DNA of 59,771 bases from Actinoplanes sp. (GTDB lineage: Bacteria > Actinomycetota > Actinomycetes > Mycobacteriales > Micromonosporaceae). The stretch covers positions 1 through 59,771 of the forward strand of contig DATMVU010000678.1 of the NCBI GenBank assembly GCA_035562875.1, in the 5' to 3' direction. Below are positions 59,687-59,771 of this stretch, piece after piece. The notes below the pieces were generated by a model. It was not told the DNA's origin. It was given only the letters and a program-made list of their open reading frames with translations, and ran no database searches. Numbering within the stretch: the stretch's first letter is position 1; every line of letters starts with the position of its first letter. A program made the translations under genes and the position numbers.

Positions 59687-59771
59687 TCAGCCGCGCTGGA
59701 CGGTCAGCCCGTCCTTGCTGTCCCGCAGGTCGGCCACCACCGTGTCGCCGTCCTGGATCTCGCCGCCGAGC
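59687..59771 (-). CDS. clpB: 3' end of the ClpB chaperone gene (partial)
   Basis: Minus strand translates LGGEIQDGDTVVADLRDSKDGLTVQRG*, resembling the ClpB C-terminus. Confidence 0.65.
   Translation of the reverse strand, partial: LGGEIQDGDTVVADLRDSKDGLTVQRG

Overview
High-GC actinobacterial chromosome segment; gene order and protein families point to Micromonosporaceae, probably Actinoplanes (inference). It is mostly core genome. From left to right: the leader and promoters of an rRNA operon (minus strand, running off the left edge); a carotenoid/light-response cluster (flavoprotein oxidoreductase, photolyase, crtB, crtE, crtI, idi, B12-binding MerR/LitR-type regulator); tRNA-Glu/Asp/Phe followed by a ~1.3 kb islet bounded by a duplicated tRNA-Phe 3' end; two RTX-type Ca-binding paralogues; PrsW; a methyltransferase-Tpt1/KptA pair; bldC-vdh-DUF3073; a two-gene radical-SAM RiPP locus (AmcA/AmcB-type multi-cyclophane precursor and maturase); purM-purF-purL-purQ-purS-purB-purD-purA with interspersed genes; an ADP-ribosylglycohydrolase and a LOG-family gene; fbaA; an ECF sigma factor coupled to an anti-sigma-like/degenerate LCP protein; a Hen1-Pnkp RNA repair pair; DedA; and the 3' end of clpB. 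The most notable items are the RiPP pair lacking an adjacent dedicated protease or exporter, the sigma/LCP pair, the integrase-less tRNA islet, the concentration of RNA end-repair enzymes and two frameshift-split surface-protein genes. All calls come from motif recognition by eye; no database searches were run. Start codons are my best estimates.
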